Notes: a model not told the origin generated them from the sequence alone. A stretch of DNA of 53,356 nucleotides from Acidobacteriota bacterium (GCA_046726795.1 JBKPBH010000099.1:1-53356), one strand, 5' to 3'. Counted from the stretch's first letter, positions 19,877-30,479 are shown. Numbers and translations: made by a program.

Positions 19877-20593
19877 GAAGGCGCGAGCCTCGTGATCCCC
19901 GCGTACGACGAGCGCAAGCGCATCGAGGCCTGCCTGCGATCGGTTGCCAATTGGATCCGGACTCGCCCCGGCGGCTGGGACTGGGAGGTCATCCTCGTAG
20001 ACGACGGCTCCTCCGACGGGACCAGGGGGGCGGCGCGCCAGATCGCGGGCGAGATCGGCCTCCCGCTCGAGATCCTTCGCCACGAGAAGAACCGCGGTAA
20101 GGGCGCGGCACTCCGCACGGGTGTTCTGGCTTCCCTCGGGGACCCCGTGCTGCTCGCTGACACGGACCTCTCGACACCGCTGACGGAATGGGTCAAGCTC
20201 GCCGAGCGCCTCCCCACGCACCCGGTGGCGATCGGATCCCGCGCGATCGAGGCAGGGCTCGTGCGCCGCAAGCAGCCCCTCTACCGCCGCCTGGTCGGCA
20301 AGACCGGCAACGTGCTCGTGCGTCTGCTCGTCGTCCCCGGCATCCGCGACACGCAGTGCGGCTTCAAGCTCTTCCGGGGCGACGTGGCCCGCGAGCTCTT
20401 CGGGAAGGCCCGGGTCGACGGCTTCGCGTACGACATGGAGATCCTCTACCTGGCGCGCCGCCGGGGCTACGCGATCGCTGAGGTGCCCGTCCTCTGGTTC
20501 AACTCTCCCGAATCGAAGGTCTCGCTCCTGCGCGACGCGATCCCCACGCTCTGGGATCTCCTGCGCCTGCGCTGGCTCCACCGAAAGGAATAG
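19874..20593 (+). CDS. GT2 polyprenyl-phosphate glycosyltransferase (ALG5/DPM-like)
   Basis: LVIPAYDE, VDDGSSDGT, NRGKGAA, DTDLS, DTQCGFKLF. Confidence 0.92.
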   Translation: MEGASLVIPAYDERKRIEACLRSVANWIRTRPGGWDWEVILVDDGSSDGTRGAARQIAGEIGLPLEILRHEKNRGKGAALRTGVLASLGDPVLLADTDLSTPLTEWVKLAERLPTHPVAIGSRAIEAGLVRRKQPLYRRLVGKTGNVLVRLLVVPGIRDTQCGFKLFRGDVARELFGKARVDGFAYDMEILYLARRRGYAIAEVPVLWFNSPESKVSLLRDAIPTLWDLLRLRWLHRKE

Positions 20594-20596
20594 CCG

Positions 20597-21985
20597 TCAG
20601 CCGCCCTCTGTCTGCTCTGGATCCCTGCCTTTCGCTCCCGCTTTCAGAGATCGGAGTCGGAGGGCGATTCCGGCGGCAGCCAGTGGCGCGAGAGCCGAAA
20701 CCGTGCGGGCGAACGAGGCGCGGATCAACCAGTCGGGGCCGAGCACCGCGATCGCCGGAGCGAGGAGATAGGCCAGGGCACAGAGAAGCGCCAGCAACAG
20801 GAGCCGATCTCCGGCCGGCGTCGGCCGGCCGGCGGCCAGGAGCACCATCACGCAGAGCAGACCGGGCCAGGACGGGAGAATCACCTCGCGAAAGGCGACG
20901 TGGATCGCCTCCGCGACGCGCGGGAGGAGCTCCAGGACGAGTGTGGGGCCGAGAAGGCCGAAATCGAAGTCGCGCAGCGGCAGGTTCCCCTTCCAGAGGC
21001 GCCCCACCAGCAGAAGCAAGACGGCCGGCGCCGCAACGGCCGCGGCCGCTCTCCGGGAGGCCGCGCGGGCCCAGCCGCGGGGCACGAGACAGAGAAGGAA
21101 CCCCGCCGCCGCGAGCAGGGCCCCGTCGTTCTTGGTCGAGACGGCGAGGGCCGCAGCCAGGGCAAGACGTCGAACCGCGAAGGCGTCCAACTCGTCCAGC
21201 GCGTCGACGAGAGCCGTCCCGAAGAGGAGCGTCACGAAGGCCTGCGGAATGTCCGCCATGCCGGTGAGGAAGGCGGAGTAGAGCGGGCCGAAATTCGCGA
21301 GAAGCGCCGCGGCGGAGAGCGCGACCGTCCGCGCCACTCCACGCCGGCGAAGCCAGCCGAACAGCGCGAAGAGCGTGGCCACCTGAAGAAAGGGAAAGAG
21401 CAGCGCCATGGCGTGATCGTCCCAGCGGCCGAGGAGGAAGGAGAGCGCGGCGAAGAGAAATGGGAGGCCGAGAGGGTACTCGGGGTGTGAGAAACCGATG
21501 GCGGGGTCGGTGAAGAGTCGGCGCGGAACGCCGCCGGCGCCGAAGAGGGTCTTGCCTTTGAAGCCCCATATGGCGAGGTAGTCGTTCGACCACATCGGCT
21601 CGGTCAGGGCGCGCAGCGCGAAGACGGCCGCACCGAAGGCGATGAGAAGCAGGAGAAGGGTGCCGGAGCGGGTCAACAGTGCCTTGATTCCTCCCCTGTC
21701 TCGGCCCCGCATCGAGTCCTTTCCGCGATGGCGGTGAAGGAACCAGGCGGCGGCGACCGCCAGCGCGGAGAGGAGAACAACAACCCCACGCGGCGGCAGA
21801 TCGACGGCGAAAGCCAGCGGCACGGAGGCGGCCAGGAGGGCGAGCCCGATCGCGAAGCCCCAGCCGGCGCGTTCGGTGCGGCCGGCGGCTGCGCTGAAGA
21901 AGGCGCCGGCAAGCCCGTACCCGATGGCGCCGACCGCGAGCAGGATCGCGGCGACGATGGCTAGAGGAAGCCACAGGCCGCTCAC
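20597..21985 (-). CDS. Polytopic membrane protein, probable GT-C fold glycosyltransferase
   Basis: More than 10 hydrophobic helices, with NDYLAIWGFKGK, HPEYPLGLP, GMADIP and TKNDG loop motifs. The GTG start overlaps the upstream stop. Confidence 0.7.
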   Translation of the reverse strand: MSGLWLPLAIVAAILLAVGAIGYGLAGAFFSAAAGRTERAGWGFAIGLALLAASVPLAFAVDLPPRGVVVLLSALAVAAAWFLHRHRGKDSMRGRDRGGIKALLTRSGTLLLLLIAFGAAVFALRALTEPMWSNDYLAIWGFKGKTLFGAGGVPRRLFTDPAIGFSHPEYPLGLPFLFAALSFLLGRWDDHAMALLFPFLQVATLFALFGWLRRRGVARTVALSAAALLANFGPLYSAFLTGMADIPQAFVTLLFGTALVDALDELDAFAVRRLALAAALAVSTKNDGALLAAAGFLLCLVPRGWARAASRRAAAAVAAPAVLLLLVGRLWKGNLPLRDFDFGLLGPTLVLELLPRVAEAIHVAFREVILPSWPGLLCVMVLLAAGRPTPAGDRLLLLALLCALAYLLAPAIAVLGPDWLIRASFARTVSALAPLAAAGIALRLRSLKAGAKGRDPEQTEGG

Positions 21986-22404
21986 GAGGCCGGCTCCATC
22001 AACGCGCCTTTCCAGACCCGGGCGATCACTTTCCAACCGGGCGGGCGACCCGGACCATAGACCGCAAGAACCCATCCGGGAGGAACCCGCGCCGGAGCGA
22101 CGAGAACCGGGATCGGAGCGAGGTGGTACGTCGCCAGATAGACGACGGGGTTGGAAGCCGGCGCGCCGACCAGCGCCACGCCGGCGGTTCCCGGCGGCAG
22201 CTTGTGGCGCGCGGATTCGAGAAAGACGTAGAACTGCCTGTCGAAAGCCGCTGCGGCGCCGTTCAGGCGCCGCACGTTCAAATCGAGCGGAGCCAGGTGG
22301 ACGATGAACTCGGCCCGGCGGCGCAGCCCGGCCGGGCTGGCAGCGCGGAGAAGGAGCAGTAGAAGAACGCCGGCGACCCCGAAAACTGCTCGGCGACGAC
22401 TCAC
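21982..22404 (-). CDS. Hypothetical membrane-anchored protein
   Basis: GTGA overlaps with glyA upstream and with the downstream gene; N-terminal hydrophobic helix. Confidence 0.65.
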   Translation of the reverse strand: MSRRRAVFGVAGVLLLLLLRAASPAGLRRRAEFIVHLAPLDLNVRRLNGAAAAFDRQFYVFLESARHKLPPGTAGVALVGAPASNPVVYLATYHLAPIPVLVAPARVPPGWVLAVYGPGRPPGWKVIARVWKGALMEPAS

Positions 22405-23678
22405 GCGATGAGCGGAAAGCCGGCGCAGAGCTCGCCGACCGTCCGCCGCACGGACTCCTCCACGCCCGCGTCGCCGATCGCCTGGAGCGCGCGGGCGATG
22501 CAATCGGCGATCGTGTCCATCTCGGCCGGGCCCATGCCCCGCGTCGTGACCGCCGGCGTTCCGATACGGACCCCCGAGGCGACCAGCGGCGGCCGCGTGT
22601 CGAACGGGATCGTGTTCTTGTTGACCGTGATCCGCACGCGGTCGAGGGCCTTCTCGGCGTCCTTTCCGGAGATGCCCCGGGCGCCGACGTCGATGAGCAT
22701 CATGTGGTTGTCGGTGCCGCCCGAGACCAGGCGGAAGCCGCGGCCGGACAAACCCGCGGCCAGCGCCTTCGCGTTGGCGACGATGCGATGCTGGTAGTCG
22801 GCGAACTCCGGCGTGGCCGCTTCCGCGAAGGCGACCGCCTTGGCGGCGATGACGTGCTCGAGGGGTCCTCCCTGCACGCCCGGGAAGACGTTGCGATCCA
22901 GGTCCTTGGCGCGGTCGGCGCGGCAGAGGACCAGCCCGCCGCGCGGCCCGCGCAGCGTCTTGTGGGTCGTCGAAGTCACGAAGGGAGCGTGCGGGACCGG
23001 CGAGCCGTGCAGCCCGGCGATGACGAGACCCGCGATGTGCGCGATGTCGGCCACCAGCGCCGCCCCGACCTCTTCGGCGACCTCCCCGAAGCGGCGGAAG
23101 TCGATCTCGCGCACGTAGGCCGAGGCTCCGGCGATGATGATCCTGGGCCGGTGCTCCCGCGCCAGTCGGGCGAGCTCCTCGTAGTCGATGCGCTCGTCCT
23201 CCCGGCGCACGCCGTACGCCACCACCTGGTAGTCCTTTCCGGAAAAGGAGAGCGGATGGCCATGAGTCAGGTGCCCGCCGTGGGAGAGGTTCATTCCGAG
23301 GATCGTCTCGCCCGGCTTCGCGGCCGTCAGGTAGGCCGCCATGTTGGCCTGCGAGCCGGAGTGCGGCTGCACGTTGGCGTGCTCGGCGGAGAAGAGGGAC
23401 TTCGCACGCTCGATCGCCAGCGTCTCGACCTTGTCGATGAACTCGCAGCCGCCGTAGTAGCGCCTTCCCGGATACCCCTCGGCGTACTTGTTGGTCAGGA
23501 CGGAGCCCTGGGCCTCCCGTACGGCGCGCGACACCCAGTTCTCCGAGGCGATCAGCTCGAGGTTTCCGTCCTGCCGCTTCTCTTCCTCCCGGATCCAGCG
23601 CGCGATGTCGGGATCCGCCGCCGCGAGGTCGCGGTCGAGGAAGGCCAGAATGGATTGGAGCGCCTCTGCTTTGCTCAT
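22401..23678 (-). CDS. glyA: Serine hydroxymethyltransferase
   Basis: [45 protein letters not shown]. Confidence 0.98.
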   Translation of the reverse strand: MSKAEALQSILAFLDRDLAAADPDIARWIREEEKRQDGNLELIASENWVSRAVREAQGSVLTNKYAEGYPGRRYYGGCEFIDKVETLAIERAKSLFSAEHANVQPHSGSQANMAAYLTAAKPGETILGMNLSHGGHLTHGHPLSFSGKDYQVVAYGVRREDERIDYEELARLAREHRPRIIIAGASAYVREIDFRRFGEVAEEVGAALVADIAHIAGLVIAGLHGSPVPHAPFVTSTTHKTLRGPRGGLVLCRADRAKDLDRNVFPGVQGGPLEHVIAAKAVAFAEAATPEFADYQHRIVANAKALAAGLSGRGFRLVSGGTDNHMMLIDVGARGISGKDAEKALDRVRITVNKNTIPFDTRPPLVASGVRIGTPAVTTRGMGPAEMDTIADCIARALQAIGDAGVEESVRRTVGELCAGFPLIA

Positions 23679-23693
23679 GAGTACCCCCAGTGC

Positions 23694-23760
23694 GTCGAGG
23701 GTCGAGAGTTCAGGGGCGAGAGTAGCAAAGCCACTCTCGATTTACCGTCAACTCTCGACT
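23694..23760. repeat. Inverted heptamer array (GTCGAGA / TCTCGAC)
   Basis: gtcgagg gtcgaga gttcagg ggcgaga gt ... ac tctcgat ... tcaac tctcgac. Confidence 0.75.
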
Positions 23761-23765
23761 TCATT

Positions 23766-25037
23766 TCATCCGGCGAGGTCTTTGAATTCGGCGTTGCAGT
23801 AACTGTCGGTCATGCCGGCGATATGGTCGGCGATGGCCCGGTAGTACGCGGCGCGCGGCCTGTAGTTCTCCGCGACCTCGCGGTCCACGTCCTTCAGCGG
23901 CACCTCGCGCAGGAAGCGCACGCCGATCTCCTCGCGCAAGCCCAGCAGAACGTAGTCCGGAAGGAGGCGCGGGTTCTCGGCGTAGGCGTGGTAGATCGCC
24001 GCGAGCGCGCGGCGCGCATGGCCGTCGTTGCGGGAAACGGGGAAGGAGTGGATGATGTGGCGGTAGACAAAGTCCTTCAGCTCCCGGTAGAAGCCCCTCC
24101 CCCGCTCGGAGAAGGCGACCAGATCTCCCGGAAGCCGGTCCCGCCGCCGGTGAAACTCCTCGGGCGTCGCGACGCCGTTGGTTTCGAGCCAGGCTTCGAT
24201 GCGGGCGCGCGAACTCTCGACGAGGTCGCTCGTCAGGACGCCGATCATTCCGCGGATCAGCGAAGCGCGACGGGCGGCCCGGTCGCGGCTGCCGGGACGC
24301 GCCTGCCGGACCAGCCGGGAGATCTCGAGGGCCTCGATCGCGTCCTCCTCGGCCAGGGGAAGCCCGTCCTCGAGGTCATGGGTCTGCTGCGCGATCTCGT
24401 CGGACCAGTTGACGATCTGCGCTTCGAGCGTCCCTCCCGAGTCGAAGCGAAGCCCCTCCGGGAAGTCGAGCGGGAAAGGAAAGGCGGCCTTCCAGGCAGT
24501 GTGCTTCAGGATTCCCTCGCGGACGTCGTGCGTCAGATTCAAACCCGGTTCGTCGTAGCGCTTCTCCAGGCGGTCCACCACGCGGACCGACTGGTAGTTG
24601 TGCTTGAAACCGCCGGCGTCGGGGTGGCTCTCGCGCAGCAGCCGGTCGAGCACCCGTTCGCCGGAATGCCCGAACGGCGTATGGCCGAGGTCGTGGCCGA
24701 GCGCGATGGCCTCGGCCAGGTCCTCGTTCAACCCGAGGGCGCGGGCGGAGCTGCGGGCGATCTGCGAGACCTCGATCGTGTGTGTCAGGCGCGTCCGGAA
24801 GTGGTCGCCTTCGTAGGGGATGAAGACCTGCGTCTTGTGCTTCAACCGCCGGAAAGCGCGCGAGTGAATGATGCGGTCGCGGTCACGCGCGTATTCGGTC
24901 CGGACGTCCCCGTCCATCGGCTTCGCCGGGCCGCGGGGCCGCGTCGCGCGGGCGCTCTTGGAGGCGAAGATCGCGAGGCGCTCTTCCTCGAGCCGCTCGA
25001 AACGTTCCCTGGTGAACTGCGCGGTCGCGGTCGTCAT
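23766..25037 (-). CDS. dgt: Deoxyguanosinetriphosphate triphosphohydrolase (HD domain)
   Basis: [46 protein letters not shown]. Confidence 0.95.
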   Translation of the reverse strand: MTTATAQFTRERFERLEEERLAIFASKSARATRPRGPAKPMDGDVRTEYARDRDRIIHSRAFRRLKHKTQVFIPYEGDHFRTRLTHTIEVSQIARSSARALGLNEDLAEAIALGHDLGHTPFGHSGERVLDRLLRESHPDAGGFKHNYQSVRVVDRLEKRYDEPGLNLTHDVREGILKHTAWKAAFPFPLDFPEGLRFDSGGTLEAQIVNWSDEIAQQTHDLEDGLPLAEEDAIEALEISRLVRQARPGSRDRAARRASLIRGMIGVLTSDLVESSRARIEAWLETNGVATPEEFHRRRDRLPGDLVAFSERGRGFYRELKDFVYRHIIHSFPVSRNDGHARRALAAIYHAYAENPRLLPDYVLLGLREEIGVRFLREVPLKDVDREVAENYRPRAAYYRAIADHIAGMTDSYCNAEFKDLAG

Positions 25038-25044
25038 GGGTGTC

Positions 25045-26373
25045 CTACTCCCGCCGTTTTTCGGCGCCCGCCAGCAGCCAGGCGCGCGCCTCGCCGACGA
25101 GATAAAGAGAACCGGCCACGATTATAGGGGCGCTCTCCTCCTGCGCGAGGAGATCCTGGAGGGCTTCCGCGACGGTTCTCCGCGAGCCGAACGCCCCCGG
25201 CGCGGGCGCAGTGCGCCGGGCCAGATCCTCGACCGTCGCTGCTCGCGACGTCGGCGCCTGGACGAGCGTCACCCCGGCGGCCAGCGGGAACAGGAGCCGG
25301 GAGATGCCCTCGACGTCCTTGTCCGACATCGCGCCGAAGACGAGGAGACAGCGCCCTTCCAGCCCCGCGTCCGCGAGGAAGCGGGCGAGGGCCGCGGCGC
25401 CCTCCAGGTTGTGGCAGCCGTCGAGGAGCACCGGCCGGCCGGCGACGTCGAATCGCTCCAACCGCCCCGGCCAGCGGACCCCGCGGACGGCTGCGACGAT
25501 CGAGCCGGGAGTCAGGACGAGCGGCGGGTCGGGCAGCAATTCCGCGGCGCGCAGAGCGAGCGCGACGTTCCAGGCCTGGTGGGCGCCGGGCAGCGGAGTT
25601 TCGAGGTCGATCCGGCGCTCCGGCGTCGTCACGGTGAAACGGGTCCCCCCGAGCCCGACTTCGCCGATCCGGACGTCGATCTCCTCGGCTCCGTCGTGCC
25701 AGAGGGCTCCGGCCTCGCGGGCGGCGAGGAGCAGGGATTCGAGGGCCTCCGGCGCCAGCGCCCGGACGAGAGCCGGACGGCCGCGGCGGAAGATGCCCGC
25801 CTTTTCGCGGGCAATTCGGGACAGGGTGTCTCCGAGCTCGCGGGTGTGATCGAGCCCGATCGACGTGATGGCGGAGAGGACCGCCGGGGCGACGTTGGTC
25901 GCGTCGAACCGCCCCCCCAGGCCGACTTCCAGGATCGCCAGATCGAGCCGGCGGTCGGCGAAGAGGAGCAGCGCCGCCGCGGTGGCGGCCTCGAAGTAGG
26001 TCGCCGCGATCTCGGGTGCGCGATTGGCGGCGGCGAACACCCGCCCAAGCGCCGCCTCGAGTTCTTCTTCCGGGACGTCCTTCTCCTGGATCCGGATCCG
26101 CTCCGTGACCTCGATGAGATGGGGAGAAGTGTAAAGCCCCGTCCGGACCCCATGGGCGGCGGCGATGGCCGAGAGCGTCACGGCCGTGGAGCCCTTCCCG
26201 TTGGTTCCTCCGACGAGCACCGAGGAGAACCTCGTCTCCGGCCGGCCGAGTCTCTCGCACAGGGCGTCGATCGCCGCGAGGCCGAGCTTCATCCCCCGGG
26301 GCTCGAGGGACTCCAGGCGCCGAAGAGACGGGAGGCGGGAGGCGCGAGGCGGGAGGCGGAGAGCGCCAGCCAA
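25045..26373 (-). CDS. folC: Folylpolyglutamate synthase/dihydrofolate synthase
   Basis: [53 protein letters not shown]. Start uncertain (TTG 26373 chosen). Confidence 0.95.
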   Translation of the reverse strand: MAGALRLPPRASRLPSLRRLESLEPRGMKLGLAAIDALCERLGRPETRFSSVLVGGTNGKGSTAVTLSAIAAAHGVRTGLYTSPHLIEVTERIRIQEKDVPEEELEAALGRVFAAANRAPEIAATYFEAATAAALLLFADRRLDLAILEVGLGGRFDATNVAPAVLSAITSIGLDHTRELGDTLSRIAREKAGIFRRGRPALVRALAPEALESLLLAAREAGALWHDGAEEIDVRIGEVGLGGTRFTVTTPERRIDLETPLPGAHQAWNVALALRAAELLPDPPLVLTPGSIVAAVRGVRWPGRLERFDVAGRPVLLDGCHNLEGAAALARFLADAGLEGRCLLVFGAMSDKDVEGISRLLFPLAAGVTLVQAPTSRAATVEDLARRTAPAPGAFGSRRTVAEALQDLLAQEESAPIIVAGSLYLVGEARAWLLAGAEKRRE

Positions 26374-26410
26374 GACCGGTCCGCCTACCCCCTGCCGCCT
26401 GCCGCCTGCC
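26326..26410. repeat. Inverted heptamer array (AGGCGGG / CCGCCTG) overlapping the accD end and folC start
   Basis: agacggg aggcggg aggcgcg aggcggg aggcgg ... ccgccta ccccctg ccgcctg ccgcctg. Confidence 0.85.
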
Positions 26411-27260
26411 GGCCCTGGTCGTCCCACAGGAGCTTCAAACAGCGCACGAGCGTCTCCTTCATCTCCTGGCGCTCGACGACGAAGTCGAGCATCCCGTGAT
26501 CGAGAAGGAACTCGGAGCGCTGAAAGCCCTCGGGAAGCGTCTGCCGGATCGTCTGCTCGATCACCCGCGGGCCGGCAAATCCGATCAGGGCTCCGGGCTC
26601 GGCGATGTTGAGATTACCCAGCATGGCATAGGACGCGGTCACGCCCCCGGTCGTCGGATCCGCCATGACCGACAGGTAGGGAACCGCCCCGTCCGAAAGG
26701 CGTGCAAGCGTCGCGCAGATCTTCCCCATCTGCATGAGCGACAGGATCCCTTCCTGCATCCGCGCGCCGCCCGAGGTGGAGACGATGATCAGGGGACGTC
26801 TCTCACGGAGGGCTCTCTCGGCGGCCCGCGCGACTTTCTCGCCGACGACAGAGCCCATCGAGCCCCCGAGGAAGAAGAACTCCATTGCCCCGATCAGCAC
26901 GGGGATCCCGCCCATGGTCCCCGAGCCGATGACGATCGCGTCGGAGAGCCCGACCGAATCCTGGTTCTGCTTCAAGCGGTCCCGGTAGCGCTTGGTGTCG
27001 CGGAACTTCAGGGGGTCTGCCGACCGCAGATCGGTGTCCAGCTCCGAGTATGTCTCGTCGTCGAAGAGCATCCGCAGGCGCTCAGGGGCCGAGAGGCGGA
27101 AGTGGTAGTTGCACTTGGGGCAGATCTTGAAGTTGCGCGCCAGCTCCTTGTTGTAGAGGATCTGCCGGCAATTCTCACACTTGACCCAGATCCCTTCCGG
27201 GACCTTGCTCTGCCGCCGCTCCCGAGGCTCTTTGGGAGCCCGATCCTTCTTGAACCACAT
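26385..27260 (-). CDS. accD: Acetyl-CoA carboxylase carboxyltransferase beta subunit
   Basis: WVKCENC...CPKC zinc finger, GGSMGSVVGEK, SGGARMQEG, GFAGPRVIEQT. Confidence 0.98.
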   Translation of the reverse strand: MWFKKDRAPKEPRERRQSKVPEGIWVKCENCRQILYNKELARNFKICPKCNYHFRLSAPERLRMLFDDETYSELDTDLRSADPLKFRDTKRYRDRLKQNQDSVGLSDAIVIGSGTMGGIPVLIGAMEFFFLGGSMGSVVGEKVARAAERALRERRPLIIVSTSGGARMQEGILSLMQMGKICATLARLSDGAVPYLSVMADPTTGGVTASYAMLGNLNIAEPGALIGFAGPRVIEQTIRQTLPEGFQRSEFLLDHGMLDFVVERQEMKETLVRCLKLLWDDQGRQAAGGRG

Positions 27261-27361
27261 GGGAAACTGCGGATTCTAACAGGCCGGCGTTCCCGATGCG
27301 GGGCGGGCCCGGACCTTCCACGCGAGGAGCCCGCTCCCCACGGGACGAACCTGCGCTTTCC

Positions 27362-27586
27362 CTATCTCTGGGGCTCGGTGTCTTCCAGGTCGTTGGGAAT
27401 GCCCAAGCGCATGCAGGCCGCGTCGTACATCTGGCGCGCCGCCTTCTGCGCGTTCTGCAGCTCCGCCAGGCGGTCCTTGACCTTCGCGAGCTCCTCTTGG
27501 ATCTGTTCCTCGAGTTCCGAGATCTCGTGCTTGGTGACGGAGAGGGTGTTCTCGTAGAACTTTTTCTGATCCGCAGAAAGACTCAT
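27362..27586 (-). CDS. Small coiled-coil hypothetical protein (74 aa)
   Basis: Strong SD (GAGGAGG) upstream, typical codon bias, heptad pattern. Confidence 0.8.
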   Translation of the reverse strand: MSLSADQKKFYENTLSVTKHEISELEEQIQEELAKVKDRLAELQNAQKAARQMYDAACMRLGIPNDLEDTEPQR

Positions 27587-27612
27587 CGAACCTCCTCAAA
27601 GAAGCCGTGACC

Positions 27613-27696
27613 TGTGCGTTGCGGGTTGTGAGTTGACTTGGACAACTCGGAACCCCGAACCCTCAACTCATAACTCATGACTCATGATTCACAACT
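27613..27696. repeat. Inverted heptamer array (TGTGAGT / AACTCAT)
   Basis: tgtgcgt tgcgggt tgtgagt ... aactcgg aaccccg aaccctc aactcat aactcat gactcat gattcac aact. Confidence 0.85.
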
Positions 27697-27700
27697 GTTT

Positions 27701-30382
27701 TCACGGTCGGACGTCCACCACGATGGTTCGCCACATCTTGACCGGGATACCGTTTTTGGTGGCCGGCCGGAATTTCGCGGCTCGAACGGCCTCGACGACC
27801 GCGTCGTTGACCAGCTTCGAGACCACGCCCTGTTGCAGCTTCGCGCTTGTGATGGCGCCGTCCTCATCCACGAGGACGAGGACGACCACCTTCCCCGCTA
27901 TGGCTTGCTGCCGCACCGCCGGCGGATACGAAACCCTGGGGGCCGACACGAGCGCGGGCTCGACCACTCCCAGTCCCGGCCCGACGAGGTCCCCGCGCGA
28001 GACTTCCGTGGCCTCGGCCCGCGGCGATTGTGCCGGCGGAGCTGTCGGAGGCGGCGGCTCAGCCGCCGGCACGGCTGTGGGCTCGGGTGTGGCCGGTCGG
28101 ACCTCGGCGACCTTCACTTCCGGTGAGGGCGCCGGCGGCGGCGCGGTGGACACGACCGGCGCGGGCGAAGGCACTCCGGCGGCCTGCCCGCGAGCGGAGG
28201 TCGCCCCCGCCCCCGGCGTCTTCTGCATCTCCTTGCGGCGCGCGGCCAGTTGTCGCTGCGCCTCTTCCTGGATCGCCTTCGGATCCAGGACCGGGGCCGC
28301 GGCCGCGGTGGGAACCGGCGTGATCAGGCTCGCGACCGCCGCGGGGGGGGACGGCGCCGGCGCCACCGGGGCGGCTACCTGTTTCGGGGCGGGTTTTCGG
28401 ACGACCAGGAAGACGGCGGCGGCCAGGAGAACGCCGGCCACGGCGATCATGCCGTAGAGCCGGGCGCGTCTTTTTCCTTCGGCTTCGGCCGCCCCTTCGG
28501 GGAACGAAGCGGCAAAGATCCCGGCGCCGGCGCCGGCCGAGGCGGCATCGGGCGCCGCGGGCTCACCCGGGAGAGGCGGAGGCAGGGCGGAAGGAGTCGG
28601 TCTCGGCTTCGAAGGCTCCTGCGGAAGCGGGATTCGCACTTCCTTCGCCGGGGCCGGAGGCGGCGGCGGAGGTGGCGCGGCCGCCTCTCGGGCTCGCGCC
28701 TCGCGCCGCGCGGCGTCTTCCGCCTCAAGATGACGGACATATACCGCGAGGTCGGCGCTCGAGGGGGGGGGCTCGTAGGTTCGCAGGACGGCCTCGAGGT
28801 CCCGCAGCAGGTCCGAGGCGGTCGCGTAGCGCCTGTCGGGCTCCCGGGCCAGGGACTTCAGGACCGCCGCATCCAGCGCCGGCGGCACCTCGGGATTCAG
28901 GCCCGAGGGCGCGACGACGTCGCCGGCGCGCACCTTCTCGAGGACGTTCAGGTCCGAGTCTCCGGTGAAGAGCTTGCGCCCTGTGAGCATCTCGAAGAGA
29001 ACGGAGCCCAGGGAGTAGATGTCGCTCCTCTGGTCCACGGATTTGCCCCAGGCCTGCTCCGGGGACATGTACGGGACCTTCCCCTTGAGTGCCCCCGATT
29101 CGGTGCGCGAGACTTTCGAGGCGGCCTTGGCGATCCCGAAGTCGCAGAGCTTGACGTCGCCGTTGGTCGAAACCAGGATGTTCGGCGGCGAGACGTCGCG
29201 GTGGACGATGTGGAGGTGCCTTTCGTCGTCGCCGCGCCGGCGGTGCGCGTAGTCGAGCGCCGCGGCGACCTTCGAGCCGATCGAGACCGCGAGGGGGATC
29301 GGCATGGCGAGCCCGGTCTCCCGCGCCAGATGGAGGATCGCGCGCAGGTCCCGCCCCTCGACGTGCTCCATCGCGATGAAGTAGCCGCCCGTCTCGATCT
29401 TGCCGAGATCGAAGATATGGACGATGTTGGGATGGGACAGCTGGGCCGCCAGCTTCGCCTCGTCGGCGAACATCGTCAGAAACTCCTCGTCGCCCGCGAT
29501 GTTGGGCAGGATCTTCTTGATCGCGACGATCTTCTGGAAGCCCTCGACTCCGGACAGGCGCGCACGAAAGAGCTCCGCCATGCCGCCGCTCGCGATCCGA
29601 TCCAGGATCTCGTACTGCCCGAAACGGTCGGCCGTCCGGGATGCCGTTGGGGAAGCCGGCGGCGGCGCCTCGAGGGGCGCTGGACCGGCCGGGGAGACCG
29701 GACGCGGGCGAGGCCGTGTGCGGATTCCCGACAGGGTCTGGGAGATGAGTCTGTCGACGTCGTCGCTCGTCGAGGGACGCGGCCGGGCGGACGTCACGGG
29801 GCCCTTGGGGAGAACGCCGGAGAGCGTGTCGCGCAGCCGTCGCTCGACCACCTCCTCCGTGTCGGCCGCGGCATGGACCGGCGCGGGCATCGCGGCCGAA
29901 GCCTCTCTGGCCTCCTTCGCCACCTCTTCGAGGATGTCGGAGAAGATGTCCGAGGAAGTCAGCGAGGCCGCGCCGCGAACCGCCGGCGCCGCGGCTCTCG
30001 CGGTGGCCTCGGTCGCCGCGAGGGCTCCGGTGGCCGCCTGCCTCAGAGATTCGTCCGAGAAGGGGCGGGGCAGGAGATCGAACGCCCCGACCCGTTGCGC
30101 GTCCGCTTTCAGATTGGAGCCCTTGTAGCCCGACACCATCAACAGGATCGGCGGGGCCGTGGGGCCGCCGCGCCGTCGGATCTCCCGGATGACCTCGGCG
30201 CTCGGCAGGCGCGGGAGCATCCCCGAAAGAAGCACCAGGTCGAATCGCGACGAGGAGAAGGTGTTCAGAGCCTCTTCGCCGTCGTGCGCCGCGACGACTT
30301 CGTAGTCGGGCTCGCGCAGGACCCCCCGCACACGCTCGACGGAGTGTGACTCGTAATCGATCAGGAGGACTCTCTTTGCCAT
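27701..30382 (-). CDS. Pseudo-receiver / Ser-Thr kinase / TM / TonB C-terminal fusion protein
   Basis: REC fold starting MAKRVLLIDY; kinase motifs GGMA, VAIKK, HRDVSPPN, DFG, YMSPE; one TM; Pro-rich linker; TonB-C motifs YPPAVRQQAIAGKVVVLVLVDEDG and KFRPATKNG. Confidence 0.9.
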   Translation of the reverse strand: MAKRVLLIDYESHSVERVRGVLREPDYEVVAAHDGEEALNTFSSSRFDLVLLSGMLPRLPSAEVIREIRRRGGPTAPPILLMVSGYKGSNLKADAQRVGAFDLLPRPFSDESLRQAATGALAATEATARAAAPAVRGAASLTSSDIFSDILEEVAKEAREASAAMPAPVHAAADTEEVVERRLRDTLSGVLPKGPVTSARPRPSTSDDVDRLISQTLSGIRTRPRPRPVSPAGPAPLEAPPPASPTASRTADRFGQYEILDRIASGGMAELFRARLSGVEGFQKIVAIKKILPNIAGDEEFLTMFADEAKLAAQLSHPNIVHIFDLGKIETGGYFIAMEHVEGRDLRAILHLARETGLAMPIPLAVSIGSKVAAALDYAHRRRGDDERHLHIVHRDVSPPNILVSTNGDVKLCDFGIAKAASKVSRTESGALKGKVPYMSPEQAWGKSVDQRSDIYSLGSVLFEMLTGRKLFTGDSDLNVLEKVRAGDVVAPSGLNPEVPPALDAAVLKSLAREPDRRYATASDLLRDLEAVLRTYEPPPSSADLAVYVRHLEAEDAARREARAREAAAPPPPPPPAPAKEVRIPLPQEPSKPRPTPSALPPPLPGEPAAPDAASAGAGAGIFAASFPEGAAEAEGKRRARLYGMIAVAGVLLAAAVFLVVRKPAPKQVAAPVAPAPSPPAAVASLITPVPTAAAAPVLDPKAIQEEAQRQLAARRKEMQKTPGAGATSARGQAAGVPSPAPVVSTAPPPAPSPEVKVAEVRPATPEPTAVPAAEPPPPTAPPAQSPRAEATEVSRGDLVGPGLGVVEPALVSAPRVSYPPAVRQQAIAGKVVVLVLVDEDGAITSAKLQQGVVSKLVNDAVVEAVRAAKFRPATKNGIPVKMWRTIVVDVRP

Positions 30383-30479
30383 AACAGGAACCGCCGTCTC
30401 GGCACGGGACTCGGGACTTGGAATGTCCTGGAAATGATAAGGCATCCGGGCATCCGGCCCCACATATAATCGGGCCGAG

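Noticed and set aside
23766-25037. dGTPase as an anti-phage defence gene
   Set aside because: It sits in the accD-folC-dgt-glyA housekeeping run with host-like composition.
30404-30457. Short GGGACTC and GGCATCC repeats as another heptamer element
   Set aside because: Only two units each and no clear inverted pairing.
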